From Pelomyxa schiedti (Eukaryota > Protista > Evosea): DNA of 64,000 nucleotides. The notes under the pieces are model-generated. The model was not told the origin of the DNA. It saw nothing but the letters and a program-made list of their open reading frames with translations, and searched no databases. Within the stretch, counting starts at the first letter, position 1, and each line of letters starts with the position of its first letter. The stretch spans positions 854 through 64,853 of the forward strand of contig JAHLWZ010000331.1 of NCBI GenBank assembly GCA_020536535.1, read 5' to 3'. Below, in pieces: positions 1 to 13,441 of this stretch. The translations under genes and the position numbers were made by a program.

Positions 1-794
1 ACTGGAGATTGCTCATGCTCCTCAGACTTCCCAGTTCTTCAGGTTGTACAGTACATATATGCCATTCTTTAATTACTTTACAGTTACTTCGAGTGGTGAA
101 AACATCTGGTTTCAGGCACGAGATGGGTCCGGTTTATGTATGCGAAAGAGGTACAGCTAACCCTATCATGGTCCATGCTGTTCCCCACACCCATGATGAC
201 CCTGGGTGGCTGGAAACGTAAAATGTGGTTCTGTAGGAGTCACCCTAACAACATATAAGTGTCGAGGGGTACTATGACTGTTGTGTGAAGAATATTCTTG
301 ATACTGTTACCCAGAGTTTGGCAGAAAATCCAAACCGACGCTTTACGTATGCCTCTTTAACTCATTGATTTTCTCATTCCAATCCAAAGGTATGTTGAAA
401 TGTCTTTTTTCACTATCTGGTGGAACCAACAAACTGATGACGTTAAGTCCCTTGTTAAAAAACTGGTTAGTACAGGGCAGCTCGATTTCACAATGTTGGT
501 TCAGGTTAATTCAATTTCCCAACCTTAAACTTCTTCAGAGGTGGCTGGGTTATGCCAGATGAGGCCTGCCCATCATACACTGATCTCATAGATCAAGTAT
601 GTTAATCACTGATCACAAAAACTTGGTGAATTAATTTTCTTTGTAACAGATGACTGCAGGGCATCTTTTCCTGAAAGACACATTTGGAGAAACCAGTGTA
701 CCTACTGTGGGATGGCAAATTGATCCTTTTGGGGTTTTTCCCCGCCAAGACCCTATCCCATCTTACACATGTTTTTCAGCATAGTAATGGCAAC
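1..794 (+). CDS. GH38 alpha-mannosidase, 5' part of a paralog (entered at window start, cut by N gap)
   Basis: Manual splicing gives TGDCSCSSDFPVLQ...VHAVPHTHDDPGWLET-VEGYYDCCVKNILDTVTQSLAENPNRRFT-YVEMSFF..GGWVMPDEACP..VGWQIDPFG, the GH38 N-domain motifs. Colinear with 48713-49506. Confidence 0.93.
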
Positions 795-894
795 NNNNNN
801 NNNNNNNNNNNNNNNNNNNNNNNNNNNNNNNNNNNNNNNNNNNNNNNNNNNNNNNNNNNNNNNNNNNNNNNNNNNNNNNNNNNNNNNNNNNNNN
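795..894. other. assembly gap (100 N)
   Basis: Run of exactly 100 N. Confidence 1.
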
Positions 895-1173
895 TGGTAT
901 GTGTTTCAAATCAGTGGGGAAAAAAAAAAAAAAAACCGATCAACCCACCAACCTACCAAGCCATCCCTGTCCTATGTAATTCACTCCCACTAACAATGTG
1001 AACAGCCTTCAGTGGACCACCTGTCATACTTGATGCGGCACATCTTCGCGCACCCACAAGAGGCCAAGGCAAGGGGCGCCCTCGCACGCCACAAAATCGT
1101 CACTCACTACTCCCAAGAGCGTGTGGCAGCTCTGGTACTCGACAGACTCACATCCCTCACAAGCAAGAGATAA
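895..1173 (+). CDS. 3' end of a GT4-like glycosyltransferase (partial, last exon about 1006-1173)
   Basis: After the acceptor aacag the exon reads PSVDHLSYLMRHIFAHPQEAKARGALARHKIVTHYSQERVAALVLDRLTSLTSKR*, resembling the C-terminal helices of GT-B/GT4 enzymes (P-x-x-x-HL-x-x-LMR...A-x-x-RG-x-x-AR...YS). Not in the supplied ORF track. Confidence 0.6.
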
Positions 1174-1220
1174 CAGATTCGTGTTGGAAACCGTTTCTTC
1201 CCAAAAAAAAAAAAAAACCC

Positions 1221-3050
1221 ATGTCATCAACACTCGCAGCAGACAAGGCAGCCACCAACCTGGTGTTGCCGCAACCCACATTGCCTCTGACAGGACAAAA
1301 CCAGCCAGATAACTCCATTGTGGGAGCAACAACGGCCGCTGCAAATGCACCTCAACCCCTACCTCTGCAACCCATAACTACGGGTGCAGTCCGGCAAAAC
1401 AAGCCGGGGTTTTGCAACCATTATTTTGAGGGCAAGCACAGATTTTGCGGGCTTCCTGTGCACAAGGGGATGATGTACTGCGTCACGCACGCACCCGCTT
1501 CTGTTTTGCACACGATGCCTTGTCCGATAGACCCCTCTCAGTACGTGTGCACGTTCAACTGTATTGTGGGAATGTGATGGCGTAGGATTTAGATTAGACA
1601 TTTTGGATTATACTGATGTACCTTTTTTTTTTCACCACTTTTTTTGTAGCACTATTTTTGTCAAGGATTTGGAGAAACACTCTAAGAGGTGCCCTGGTAA
1701 TAAGCTCAATATCAAACCACCATTTTTCGTTCAAGACATCAATATTGGTATGGTATCCTATGTGTTCCAGGAGCAACTTATAATGTAATACAGGGACGGA
1801 TTCAGAGGAGAGCACACTTCCATCAAATGAATCGGATTCATGCCTTCAAGCTGATACTGTGCTAATCTCCAAGGTAAATGCGGCCTGGTTAAAGTGGAAA
1901 CATATTCTCAATGTGCAAGTCAGTCACATATCTCATCCAAATTGTACTTGTCCTCCACTTGACACTAAAGTAGAGAAAACAGCGCAATTTAAAGGTTCAG
2001 TATTTCTTCATTTCTCTTGTTTGACCTAAATGGTTCCTAGCTTCACAGAAACATACACCCCAAATTTCTTCAATACTAGCTCATATGGCCAACAAGGGAT
2101 TGGCTAACTTAGATACCAGTAGACAAGAGGAATCTCAACAATCATCAACCTCGCCTCCCAGTGCTGAAGCAGCCTCTGCAACTACAACAACCATAAACAG
2201 TTCCCAACTTAATTCGCCATCGTTCTGCTATCTAGAGTTTGGCGCAGGAAAAGCCCATTTGACAAGAGCACTGATGGAAGTGGTTTCACTGAATCACACA
2301 TTTTGCTTAGTTGACAGAGGCAAGTTCAGGCATGGTGTGAGTATCCAACGTACAAAAAAAAATTTAAACCAACACAATCCACAGGCTGAGAAGGGCAGAT
2401 CAGCTCGAACAATCGAGAGGCTAAGAGTCGACATTAAAGACTTGGATATCTCTAAAGTTAGTGTTATTCACAACTCCACCACTCTAGTTGCTTATGGGAA
2501 GCATTTGTGTGGGGCAGCCACTGATCTGTCACTGAGGTTGTAAAATAATCCAGGTGGAAATATCACCGTTCTAATTATAACCAAAGGTGCATGAATGGGT
2601 GCCGACAACCATGTGCTATTTTCATTGCGTTGTGCTGCTACCATAAGTGCTCTTGGAGACCATACATAAGTAAATCACTTTCTCAACATTTACCCGTAAC
2701 AATCACCGAAGACAAACAATTTCTCGCTGAAAATGGATTCACTGTGGGTGATTTCCCGCGCCTGTGTGCACTCACCAGGTTTTGTGGATAGATATTGGGT
2801 AGAACTATCTAAAGATACTGACACTTACTCCCGCAGCTGGTATACGAGTGGAGTCAGAGAGGAACAAGCCACTCCAGAGCAAAGAGCAGACGCACAAGAG
2901 CGAGCACAAATCGGGCGACATGCAAGGGATGTTATGTTGATAGGCCGGCTGATGAAGTTGTCACAGTGGGGGTTCAATTGCGAAACCTTTGAGTATGTAC
3001 CAGATACAATTTCTTTGGAAAACTTGCTGCTATTCGCTTCCAGAAATTAA
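1221..3050 (+). CDS. TRM13: tRNA:m4X (2'-O) methyltransferase TRM13, multi-exon
   Basis: CCCH finger FCNHYFEGKHRFC..YCVTH; CHHC finger CPIDPS..DLEKHSKRCP; LEFGAGKAHLT, LVDRG, RLRVDIKDL, GKHLCGAATDLSLR, IALCCYHKC, ISLENLLL. Confidence 0.92.
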
Positions 3051-3167
3051 GAGTACTCTTACTCTGTTGTTTTGAAAGAAAAGCATTCTAGTCATAGAGA
3101 AGGATAAAAGAGTTTTTATTTGGAGAAAAAGCCACTGTTACAAGGCAATGCAGAGGTCTTAAGGATT

Positions 3168-3709
3168 TTATCTGCTGTGGAGCTCCCTGTGGTGCTGAGA
3201 TAGAGCACAGCAGCCGCAGCAGAATGACAGTATACAGTCACCAGCAACTCCTCCCTGAAGGGGGATTTAGTTGTGATTGACGTGGGTTGCTTGTGCTTTG
3301 TGCTAGGTTACATACATCAATGTTGTACTTGTTTCGTATGGATTGCCTTTGCTGGCATGTGGGGAAGAAAGACAACCCACAAATGGCCAAGAGACAAAAG
3401 ATAGCTGCATTTACCACCATACTGTTTTATATTTGGTTAAATCATAAGTCAATATAAGTGGCTATGTTAAGAGAAAAGACACCTGTTACCCATAATTCCC
3501 TCGCCGTGCTTCTCAGCATTCATACCATATTGAACGCAAGGAATGCACCAAGAAATCAAGCCTGGGGCGAGGGTCAAAAAAAACTCCGGGAAAAAAAAGA
3601 AAAAAATGAAAAACACACATGAAACTGGGTCGCTCAAGCAACCGCAGAATTTGCTGTTCCACTTGTCCTGTGGCTCAATGGCGTTGGCAATCTTCTCCAG
3701 CGAATCCAT
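3168..3709 (-). CDS. PLAC8-family Cys-rich protein
   Basis: WNSKFCGCLSDPVSC..ISWCIPCVQYGMNAE..RQSIRNKYNID|GGVAGDCILSFCCGCCALSQHHRELHSR*. Confidence 0.9.
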
Positions 3710-3995
3710 GTCGCTAAAAGGGTCGTGTATTGTTTTCTGTTTTTCTTTTTTCTTTTCGTGCCTCTTACAAATCTTAAAAGCACAAACACATATTTCGGCC
3801 TCCGCGAAAAGACAATCCCAGAAAATGAAAATAGAAAGCAGCGTTGCTTACAGTCCAGATGTGTCCAAGCGCTTGGGGGGTCAGGGGCTTGTGGGTTCAG
3901 GCCACTCCGTCACTTGCCAGATTGGAGTGGCCTGAGGGGCCTGGTCTGCTTCAGATTCACAGAAAACCCTCTTGAGATTGATTTAAAAATATTAG

Positions 3996-6900
3996 ATGTC
4001 CCTTGTGCAACCGGGCAACGATGTAGTGGTTCCAGACGCCACGCCGCCGTCACCATTAATAGCCCCCCTCCCTATATCATTTGACCCTCAGGCCATATTG
4101 AGCAACGACGATCTTGCCCCCTCGACTTCAACGACGACGCCCGGCGTGGCTCTGGAGCCGCCACTGCAACCCCCGCAAGCTGTAGACAGCGTTCCCATAA
4201 TTACGGCGCCGACGCCCACGCCGGGGACAAATGCAGCCACAACCACGACAGTGACGGCAGCGACTACGACGATGGCGTCACTACCCACTAGTGCAAATTG
4301 CGGGGACCCACCCGCGGGCGAGGCGGTGGGGCCAGGGGCGGAGGAAAAGGGACCCGCGAGGGACGACGCACCCACGGCGACCAGCGCGCACGAGCAGCGG
4401 GGCGAGGGCGAGGGCGAGATTGGGCCCCGCGGCAGGGAGCACGAGGCGGTGGGAGGGGAGCGGGGGCCAGCGGCTGGGAAAGGGGAGGAAGAAGGGGCGC
4501 GGGCCGAGGCCTGGGGAGCAGCGGGGCGGGTGGGGGACCAGCGGGGGGGCAGGGACCAAGGCAGAGAACGATTCGCGATGACGTTTGTTCTATTCTCCTT
4601 GTTACTTACTTACTTGCTTACTCCAAATCCACACATAACCAACAACTAAACAAACAAACAAACAAAAAACAAAAAAAAAACAAAACAGTGAAGTTGAAGA
4701 GTTGATCGATTTGTGTTGTGCTGTGGAGGAGCTTCTTACACCCCTCCAGGCATCAAGTGACTTGCCCAACACCCCCACCCCTCTGACCCCTCCCAATGTT
4801 TGCATGGACTTTGACGCTGAGCTGGAGCTACACCCTAATTCTGCTATGCAAGAGAAGGAGAAAGAAGTGGGCAGACCCGTAAACACAACTTGTCCGGGAA
4901 TCAAAGCTACAACGCCGGAAGAAACTGTAATTCAGTCCACCCAAACACATGCCCCGTGGCAACCTAGTGAGAATGGCACATTGGAACGCTCGCAAGTAAA
5001 TCAATCATCTGCTCAGGCAATGAAGTTTTTCAGTAAGGAATTATTTGGTTCACTAGGCAGCAATATGTCATCCCCCGTCCCTCCAGTGAAATCAGGAAAA
5101 CGCTTCCGTTGCTCTGCTGTTCTTGCAGCCGCCATTTCCAGTAATCCTCCTGTCACAACCCTCCGTAATAGTGTTCCAATCCCTGCCGTGTCAGGAAGGA
5201 ATGAAATTCCCCCCACCCTCAACAGCCAAGTATGTACCAACAACCCTGACGGCTCAAGTAATCTGAATTCAGATCAATCTGTCCTTATCCCCAAAAGAAC
5301 AAACACTGAAAAAGTGACACACCCCCAAAACCCTGGTGATACTTCACTCCAACCTGGAATAGTGCCTTCTTCAAAGCCCAAAAGACCTAAGTATGCCCCA
5401 GTTTCGGTCTCTGCCTCATGTGCAATGCCAGGAGCTGACACCAACTCACTCACTATGCGCAAACCAACAAAACCTGATAGCTTGTGCCCAAAGCCAAAAA
5501 GCAAACCCATAGACACCCCGAGATCCACCCCTGAGCACCAAAAGGCACTTACAAGTCCAGCTCAGGCTCAAATAACATCAACCAAACCAGAGACCCCCAA
5601 GATTGAAAGCACCCCAATTTGTGAGAGTGATAAGCAAAAGTCACACATGGAGATCTTGCACCCCCCCAAAGATACCGTACACAAAGAACTCTCCCCTGAA
5701 ATGCTTCCTTCTAACACTACTGTTGCCACTTCTCTTCCCTCGCACCCTCCAAGTATGACGGCCACCCCCATGCCAATAATTTCTCTTTCCTCAAAACCAT
5801 CAGAACCTCCGTTGCCAACCACAGTTCACCAGCACAAGCATCATAAAACTACTCACACACATCACCACCCATCTCAAGGGATAAAAGACACTGCGTCAAT
5901 TAATGAAGGCATTTCATTTTGTGTGCCTGAGGAACCTCCGCTGAGAATCATCCCAAACAAACAACCCCACGACCTTCCAATGTCACAGACCTTTAGTGAT
6001 CACCTTCCTCTTAATGACCAACCTTCTAATATTCCTGCAGCTGCTACCTCTCACACCCCTGGAGCCAATCCACCCTCCAACGACGGACCCAAATCTCAGA
6101 AACTGCCAAATAGAAGATCTCAGCAACGACTCTCTGCACCCCCATTGAAGACCAAACCACAAAAAGAAACACCTCCCAATGCTCCCTCCCTCACGAGGCA
6201 AGCACCTATTGTCACTCAACCCCCTGTGGCAGAACACACCGCAACCCCCAATCCTCAGGCGCCACATACAGTCAGATTACCCCTCTGCAGAAAATCCCGA
6301 CATTCCCCCACAATGCCTTCAGGCTCAGGTAACAATACAAAATCAGCATTGCAGGAGAATAATGGCATAGAAGTAATAAATCACGTCTCATCTCAAAACA
6401 TCAGTCTGCCTCTAAGTTCTGAAAATAATTCTGTGCTGCATTGTGCTCCTGCTCCCATTCCCATGCTTTCACAAGAAAATCAGGGGCTAGACCAGTCACT
6501 TAACCAAATTCCACAAACTCTACCAAGCAGTACAACAGTACTGCAATCACAAAAACCGCCACTTCCTTATGAAAATGGCCTAGCAAGTCAAAACTCTTTG
6601 AAATCTGAAGTTCAATCCAGTGATTTAGCACTCAAGACGGATTGCATTGAAAAGGAGGATTCGTTTGAAGAAACTGTGTGCCAACCAAACCCTGCTAAAA
6701 GAAGGAAGCAGTGTACACCTGCAATGCAAGTAAAATGGCATAAACTCACTATGCGGCATTCAGCTCTCTCTATTCAAGAGCACCGAAGATATTTATTTTT
6801 GGAAGAAAAGGTAACTCCTCATTGCATAATGCACTTTAATGTGGCTTTCAGGTAATTGAAGACAAAAAGCAGCAGGAAAATGGAGAGAAACCATATTTAG

Positions 6901-9550
6901 AGGAACAGGTGCACTAACTGAGATTATGTAGTTATCTCAATGACACACACACACAAAAAAAAAAAAAGGATCACATGGAGTTGAAAAATTTGCGAATGAG
7001 AGTTGAAAAGGAACGGCAAGAATACTTTGATCACAGTCTACAGTATCGTTAATCATATTGTTTAAAGTTAACTTCTTTACCTCAGTGAAGTTAAAGTGAA
7101 TAAGGAATATTTTTCGTATATTCATGTTGAGGTTCGAGCCCAAGTCGAGGTACATATTTCTCCAAGATAAACAGAGCCTAAAAAAAAAAAGGAGTACATT
7201 ACTGCACTGAAAGCAAAAGTAAAAGCATACTACCCAAGGTATTATATTGAATGTGGAAGGCTGGATATCAGGAATATCAACAGTAGTCCTACATCACCGG
7301 ACCACGTCCTGACACCAGTTGCAAGACTATTTGAGAATGTAGATTTTTCCTTTTTAAAAAACCGAGATTAACATATTAAGGGGGAAATATTAGAGTGCAA
7401 CCCCAAAATTGTTACTAAATATCTGTCACCTGCGAGCTCTGAAGAGTTACACATACCACCCCATACCAAGCTCTTCTTTAAAGAGTCCAAAGCGACAGAG
7501 CCCACAACTAAGTGGCGTAAGCAGGTACTCAAAAAAAAAAAACAACTTAAATTAAATTAAATTAAAATAAACGCTCGAAGGTTATGCCACTGGTAAGTGA
7601 GGATGCCACTGTCAAGGCTTTAATATCTTGTACCAAAGTTGATGTGGTACTTTCTTCGTCTGTCCTCAAGGCTCTTGCAGGCACTGCATATGCACAACCG
7701 TGGGAATTGCCTGGGCTAATTGTTTCCACAAGCCCACCTGGTTTCTGGAAATTCTTCTCTTTTCTTACTGTCTAACAAGTGAACTAGGTTGCACAACTCC
7801 CATAAGGACATTGCTTCTTGATAAGCCATTGGTTAAACAGCAACTGACACCACGTGAGGTTAATACATTATTCTATAAGGCTGCTTTCCAGACACGAGTG
7901 CTCTGGCATCTGAAAGGTGATGAGGCGGAGTCTCTGGAGTTGGAGTCTGAAAATGTAAGTGAAATTTGAGATTATCTTAACGTGAAGTGTTAGGTTCCAG
8001 AAAATGTGTCAAGTCATCTTGGAAAAGGTGGCGTTTCTCTCCTCGCCAAAATACCTTTACCTCATGGCTGGAACCAGACTTACTATCTCTGGTCACTTGG
8101 CGAATTGAATATTTTAATTAGGTGCAAGATTCACTCCATGATGACAACCCCCGACTCCCCATCCGTATGAATATTTTTTCTCCAATGTTGAATAACGTTT
8201 ATGAACAGGGCTTTTGGTTCACAAGTTTATTTCCGAAGCTGCATTATAGGCTTTCTGTTGGCTTGGAAGATGAAGTTTCCATTGATGTTGCACAATGGTG
8301 GATACATACATATATCCGACCAAGATCTTCACAGGACACACCCTGCAAGCTGCTGTTAGGTATTGCCTCCTATCAACTAGCTAAAAGAAAAATCCTGAAC
8401 TGTACCCAGGTAACATCGATGTTTTCAAGTCGTCCTTGCACTCCCTGGAGCTCCGAGATTTCAAAGAAATTCTTAAACCAGGGCACACTTTCAAGTAATT
8501 GCTCAATTCACAGACATTCACCTCTCAGTATTTACTTTGTAGACCTGAAGTTACATTTAAGTATATGCACTACATCCTCAGAGGCATAGCACAACAACCC
8601 ATTGGTCAATATATGATCCATTACAACGCACCTTACATAAAAATCATGAGAAGCACCCCAACACCAGCTCCCCCACCCCCTCCACAAGCATCATTTCAGC
8701 TTAACATTCCCCAAGGTATTTCTCCCCTCAATCTTTACAACACTAACATTTTATCCAGCTCCTCCAACATACGACTTGCACAAGTATTTCAATTTCTGTG
8801 ATGATAAATATTTTACACCTTTAGGTCCCAAGAAACAGCTGGTTCCATTGACCTCAGCAGTACATATCTGAGCTACCGCCGAATTTGGAAACACGTTGAA
8901 CACCGGATCCCTTATACCTTCCCCCCATTACCACCTCTTCCCGATAAACCAATCCCAATTCCTGAGGAGGAGCCTCATATTCCCCATTGCTTCATTTTCA
9001 CCAAAACAGGTGCTTGCAGCCAAGGGCTCGAGGTATGGACTAGTATATTTTATCTTCTACTAATTTGCCCTAGTGTCCATACCCTCACTGGAATTCTGAA
9101 CAGCTCAACCGAGAAATGCAATTCATCCTTGCTGGCTACGTACAAAACAACCACCAAAATGAGAGACAGCCGCCGGTGTCAAAGCAGAAATTTAAGCAGA
9201 AGCAGAAACAAAAGACAAAAGCATCCAAGAAGCGAAACAAAAGAAAGGCTCGGCACTCGGAATTGCCCCCAGATAAACCTCAATTCACCGGAAACGGAAA
9301 TCCCCAGCAAGTTCATACTACTACAACAACCACAACAACGATTCCTCAGCAACAGCAACAGCAGTCCACACCCATAATTCCACCACAGCAAGAACACCAC
9401 GCAGCAACCAATACCGCCCCCAACTCCAGCAATGCACTGCATTCATCCCAACAAGAACCAATAGCTTCTTCCACACACAACCCCTCACAACAACCACAAC
9501 TACAAACAACAAACCCCAGCACACTACCACCCAATCATAACTCTCTATAA
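3996..9550 (+). CDS. ICE2/NARG2-like protein: long P/S/T-rich N-terminus, NARG2_C-like domain, CCCH zinc finger, Q/T-rich tail
   Basis: SALSIQEHRRYL; DVVLSSSVLKAL..WELP..LLLDKPL..LTPREVNTLFYK; YYLWSLGELNILIRCKIH; KLHYRLSVGLE..WWIHTYIRP; spliced C-x8-C-x5-C-x3-H (CFIFTKTGACSQGLE|CPYPH). Confidence 0.68.
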
Positions 9551-9752
9551 CCACATGCACACAACAGAACCACTTGTACTTCCTCTTAGGCTGAGTCACA
9601 TTAGGGAAAAAAAAAAAAACCAACAACACCCGGCACTGACTGGGCTTCCTGGCAAACAATCAAAAAAAGAAAAAAAAAATCAGGGCAACTGTTTAGGCTA
9701 ACAAGTATCAAATCACAAAAAGAAAAACAAAGAAAAAGACGGAGATTTGGAG

Positions 9753-12093
9753 ATGGTAAGATTACGGGGGCGACGTGCCACGTGTCCACAAACAACGTAA
9801 CACACATCACAGGTAGTTCTCGCCGCAGCCGTGTGCACTAAATCTGGACGCGGTACAGCCTCCCACTCACTTCGTTTTTTGCCGCATGTTTTTGTGTTGT
9901 CATACGTTCGTGAAAACCGTAACACTTCGATAGTACTTTTTTCCCGGCAGTACGTGGAAATGACACGTGCTGGCATATCGGGGCTGTTGGCAGCCTTTAC
10001 GAAACGTTGCACCGACACCAGTGATCCAGACAGACAACACACATACATAGAAACAGAAAATGTCAGGTACTTTCCTCCTCCAATGACACAGCTTCTTTTT
10101 AATGGGGTTTATTCATCAAGGTACCTATATCAGCCAATGGAGGAGCTAGTGATGGTAATTGTAACTTCCAAAATGAGCAACATTGTGGACGACCTTGATA
10201 CACTTCACCTTTACACAAAACTGGTTTGTTTTCCTTCCTGCTTCTACTGTCACCCTCCCTCTTCAGTAGCCATAATAAACTATTGATACAAACATATAGG
10301 TCTCTACCTATGTACGGCAATTGAATGAAAGGTGCTTGATGGAATCGGTGTGGGATTTAATTTCCGCATTCGATGAGCCCATCACATTTATGGGGTGAGA
10401 TAGATTTGAATTATAACAACAGGCAACTAACACTTGATAGTTATAAGGAAAAAGTATCAATTGGGCAAATTAAAAATTTCGTTGAAATGGACAGTCACGA
10501 AGAGAAGATGAGAGTTGCGGACATGGAAGAAAAAATTCGTAATGTTCAACGAATAGCAAATGAAAAGGCAAACCAGTTCAAGGAACAGAGAGAGGCTGCA
10601 GAGCGTGCAGCAAAATTTGCGCGTGGCAGTGGTATCCCAATGAGTGGTGGGTCAGGGGGAATTCCAAGCCCGTCCGCCTTGGTGTCAGCTGCAACAGGGG
10701 CAAATCAGGCAACACCCATCCCTGCTGCTTATGTTGTGAAAGACACACCGTATGATGTCTTCTCTAAAATCCCTTTTTACGATAGAAAGTGTTGTAATTC
10801 CACTTAGGAAACCAGGATCAGCCGCAGCAGAAGCCCCCTCTTCAACAAAAGGAATGCAACTAGGGAAAAAACCTGCTACTGCCCAGTCCAATGAATTCCT
10901 TGATCAAGTTGCTAAAGAAGGTTGCGCTTTTCCTTTCAAGTTCTGAGTAACTGATTTTTTTTAAGACAGAGGATTTGTTGTAAATCCAATTGCAGAGCCA
11001 GCGCCTGAGGAACCCACCGTGAAGCCTCCAACTAGTGCAGTGGCACCCCCAGTTACCGCTGTAGTGGCAAAACCAGCAGTAAGAAGGGAGAGGTATTTTG
11101 AGTAGGTACAATTCCTGAAAATCTCACCCTGTCTTCAGTGTCCACATCAACATACAAGAAGCCCTTAGGGCCAAAGGTGTTGTGGAAGGAATTGTTGACA
11201 CTATGGAGGTTGCTGGGGACCTTGCCATTACCATAGCGGACCCTAAATATGCCAAACTTTATGTTAAAGCTACCACTAATCCTAAGTATCTTTACAATGT
11301 ATGTCACCTCTTTGTTTCCTCAGTTTTACAAAATTCAGACACACCCCCAAATTGATAAAGTGCGTTTCACCAAAGAGAGTGGTGTCATCGCAGCCAAGGA
11401 TCCTAATCGTCCTTTCCCAGTGGGAAATGCCATTACTGTCGCAAAGTGGCGATTACAATCTAAAGAATCTCTCCCTGTGATAAGTTTGTCCTTCATCATG
11501 TGACTGAATACTAACATATTCCCCAAACAGTTAACTGCTTCCCATCTATCTTCGAACAGGGCATCACCCTAAATTTGGAATGCACAGTAGGATCTGCCAC
11601 AGACCTCACAGATATAGAGATAGCCATTCCCTGCCCGTGAGTGTACTGTTCGTGGAGTGCTGAACTGTGTTACTAATGCCATTTCAGGGCTGCTCCGCAA
11701 GTAACACAGCTTGAAGGTGAACAACGGATGGAGGGAGGAATGCTTATTTGGCACATACCGCTTCTGGACGATGACCTCCCGTCTGGAACAATAGAGTTTA
11801 CTTGTGCAGGGACTTCACTCAATACCTCTCAATTTTTCCCTATGTCTATAACCTACCAGTCTCAGAGATCGCTAAGCGGTTTGGAAGTATGTTGCGCCTT
11901 TTTCTTCGCCGCCGTTTAAACGCTGTCTGTGGTCTAATCAACGCCAAACACACACACACACAAAAAAAAAAAAAAACAAGATCGAGGGTGTCTACAACGC
12001 AGACAACGAACCTATACCCTTCAGCAAGGAAACAACAATCAAAGTAGACTCCTTCACTATCTTCAACGCAGTAGCGGACGCACAAGCTTCATA
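9753..12093 (+). CDS. ARCN1: coatomer subunit delta
   Basis: M|VVLAAAVCTKSGR|VLFSRQYVEMTRAGISGLLAAF..QHTYIETENVRY|LYQPMEELVMVIVTSKMSNIVDDLDTLHL; MDSHEEK; C-terminal mu-homology domain (LPSGTIEFTCAG..FFPMSITY). Confidence 0.96.
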
Positions 12094-12223
12094 ACGATGT
12101 TGCAACAACCGCGAAATGTGAAAACACATGCCTTACACATTAGACCTTAGAACTTAGCACACCCTCACTTTTTTCACATAATCATCGGAAATTTTCAAAG
12201 ACGCCATCAAGTTGGTTTTTGTT

Positions 12224-13170
12224 TCAGAACCAGTGCTCGCCGTGCTGTATCCAACAAAGCTCGGTGCCGTCCAGTGTGCACCTTGTGCTCGTGCGGACAA
12301 CTACCTCCACCCTCTTCACGCCAGGCAAGATGAGCTCGTATCTGCCGCGCCCTGCGACGTTGTAGGTTCCCAGCCAGTGCCTGTCGCCCTTGTCGACGCG
12401 CACGGAGTGGGTGTCTGGGTCCATCCAAAGAGTGACGCAGCACGAAGGGGGGGAGGCGGAGCTGCTGGCCGCCGAGCAGCCTTTTTCGAGGCAGTGGGCC
12501 GGAGTGAGCTCGGTTGCCCAGCCTTGATATAACCTCCTGCGGCACGGGAAGGGCTCGTGCACCAGCAAGCGTGAATGAACTTCCTCTAGGTACAAGTAAG
12601 CGGCAGCGTGCCTGCACTGGGACCATGTTTCGTAGTCAATGGGCGGCAGAGCGGCGGGATCCTGTGAATGGCATATTTTGTAAGAGGGAAAGCTAGCTGG
12701 GTGGGAATTGCCATACCAAGAGAAGGTCAAAGACGAACTTTGCGGCCTCCACGCTGATTCCTTCAATGTATTGCACAGCTGTGTTATTTACGGTGCCGCT
12801 CCTTCCAAAGTACAACAGAGATGTCTTGGGAACTAGAGCAGCAGGAATCATCAGGTAACCACCAGATCCACCCATTTGTGCATCTTGCCCTGGAACTGAC
12901 GGGAAGTGATACCACAAAACAGTAGACACAGCACTTTGTGAGTAACCCACCACACTTTGCTCCATACTGTATATCTTATGATTTTATTATCTTCTGGATC
13001 TCCCATTCCTCGCTCACCCAAATACAGTCAGTCAGGGCACTACTGTCACAAAAAGGAAAGAAATAAACAAAATAAACGTTACATTTTGGCCTTGATCCCA
13101 GCAAACAGGTAGGAAGTTGTAATCTTCTCGGAAAACTCCACTTTGGCATTAATCCCCATACCTGAGGAAA
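12224..13170 (-). CDS. hypothetical multi-exon protein with a possible BTB/POZ-like fold; 5' end uncertain
   Basis: Spliced YLMIPAALVPKTSLLYF..YIEGISVEAAKFVFDLLL|DPAALPPIDYETWSQCRHAAAYLYLEEV resembles BTB/Skp1 helices (AA-x-YL). Confidence 0.4.
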
Positions 13171-13441
13171 GACTGAGAAACTGTTGGTTTGCTCATGGAG
13201 GGTTGCCTGCCCAGCCCAGTGATTTAAATTGGGTGAATAAGAAAGATAAACCGACTTGAACCCTGTCATTTTCGTGACCGTAGGCCAGGTCCACGGTCTG
13301 GCCAGGTTGTTTTATTCACTTTTCTTGACTGTCCTGCTGAATTCTGCCATCAGATCAGAGGTTTTTATTTTCCGTAATTTCGAAATCAAAGAAGAAACAA
13401 AAACCCCTTGTGCAAGGGGTCGCCGGTTTGGTTGGCGTGCG

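Noticed and set aside
4088-4705. Stacks of overlapping ORFs in several frames (also 12207-12696, 16745-18490, 25735-26292, 28606-29087, 59132-59729)
   Set aside because: They are stop-poor shadows of GC-rich exons of real genes and have no independent motifs.
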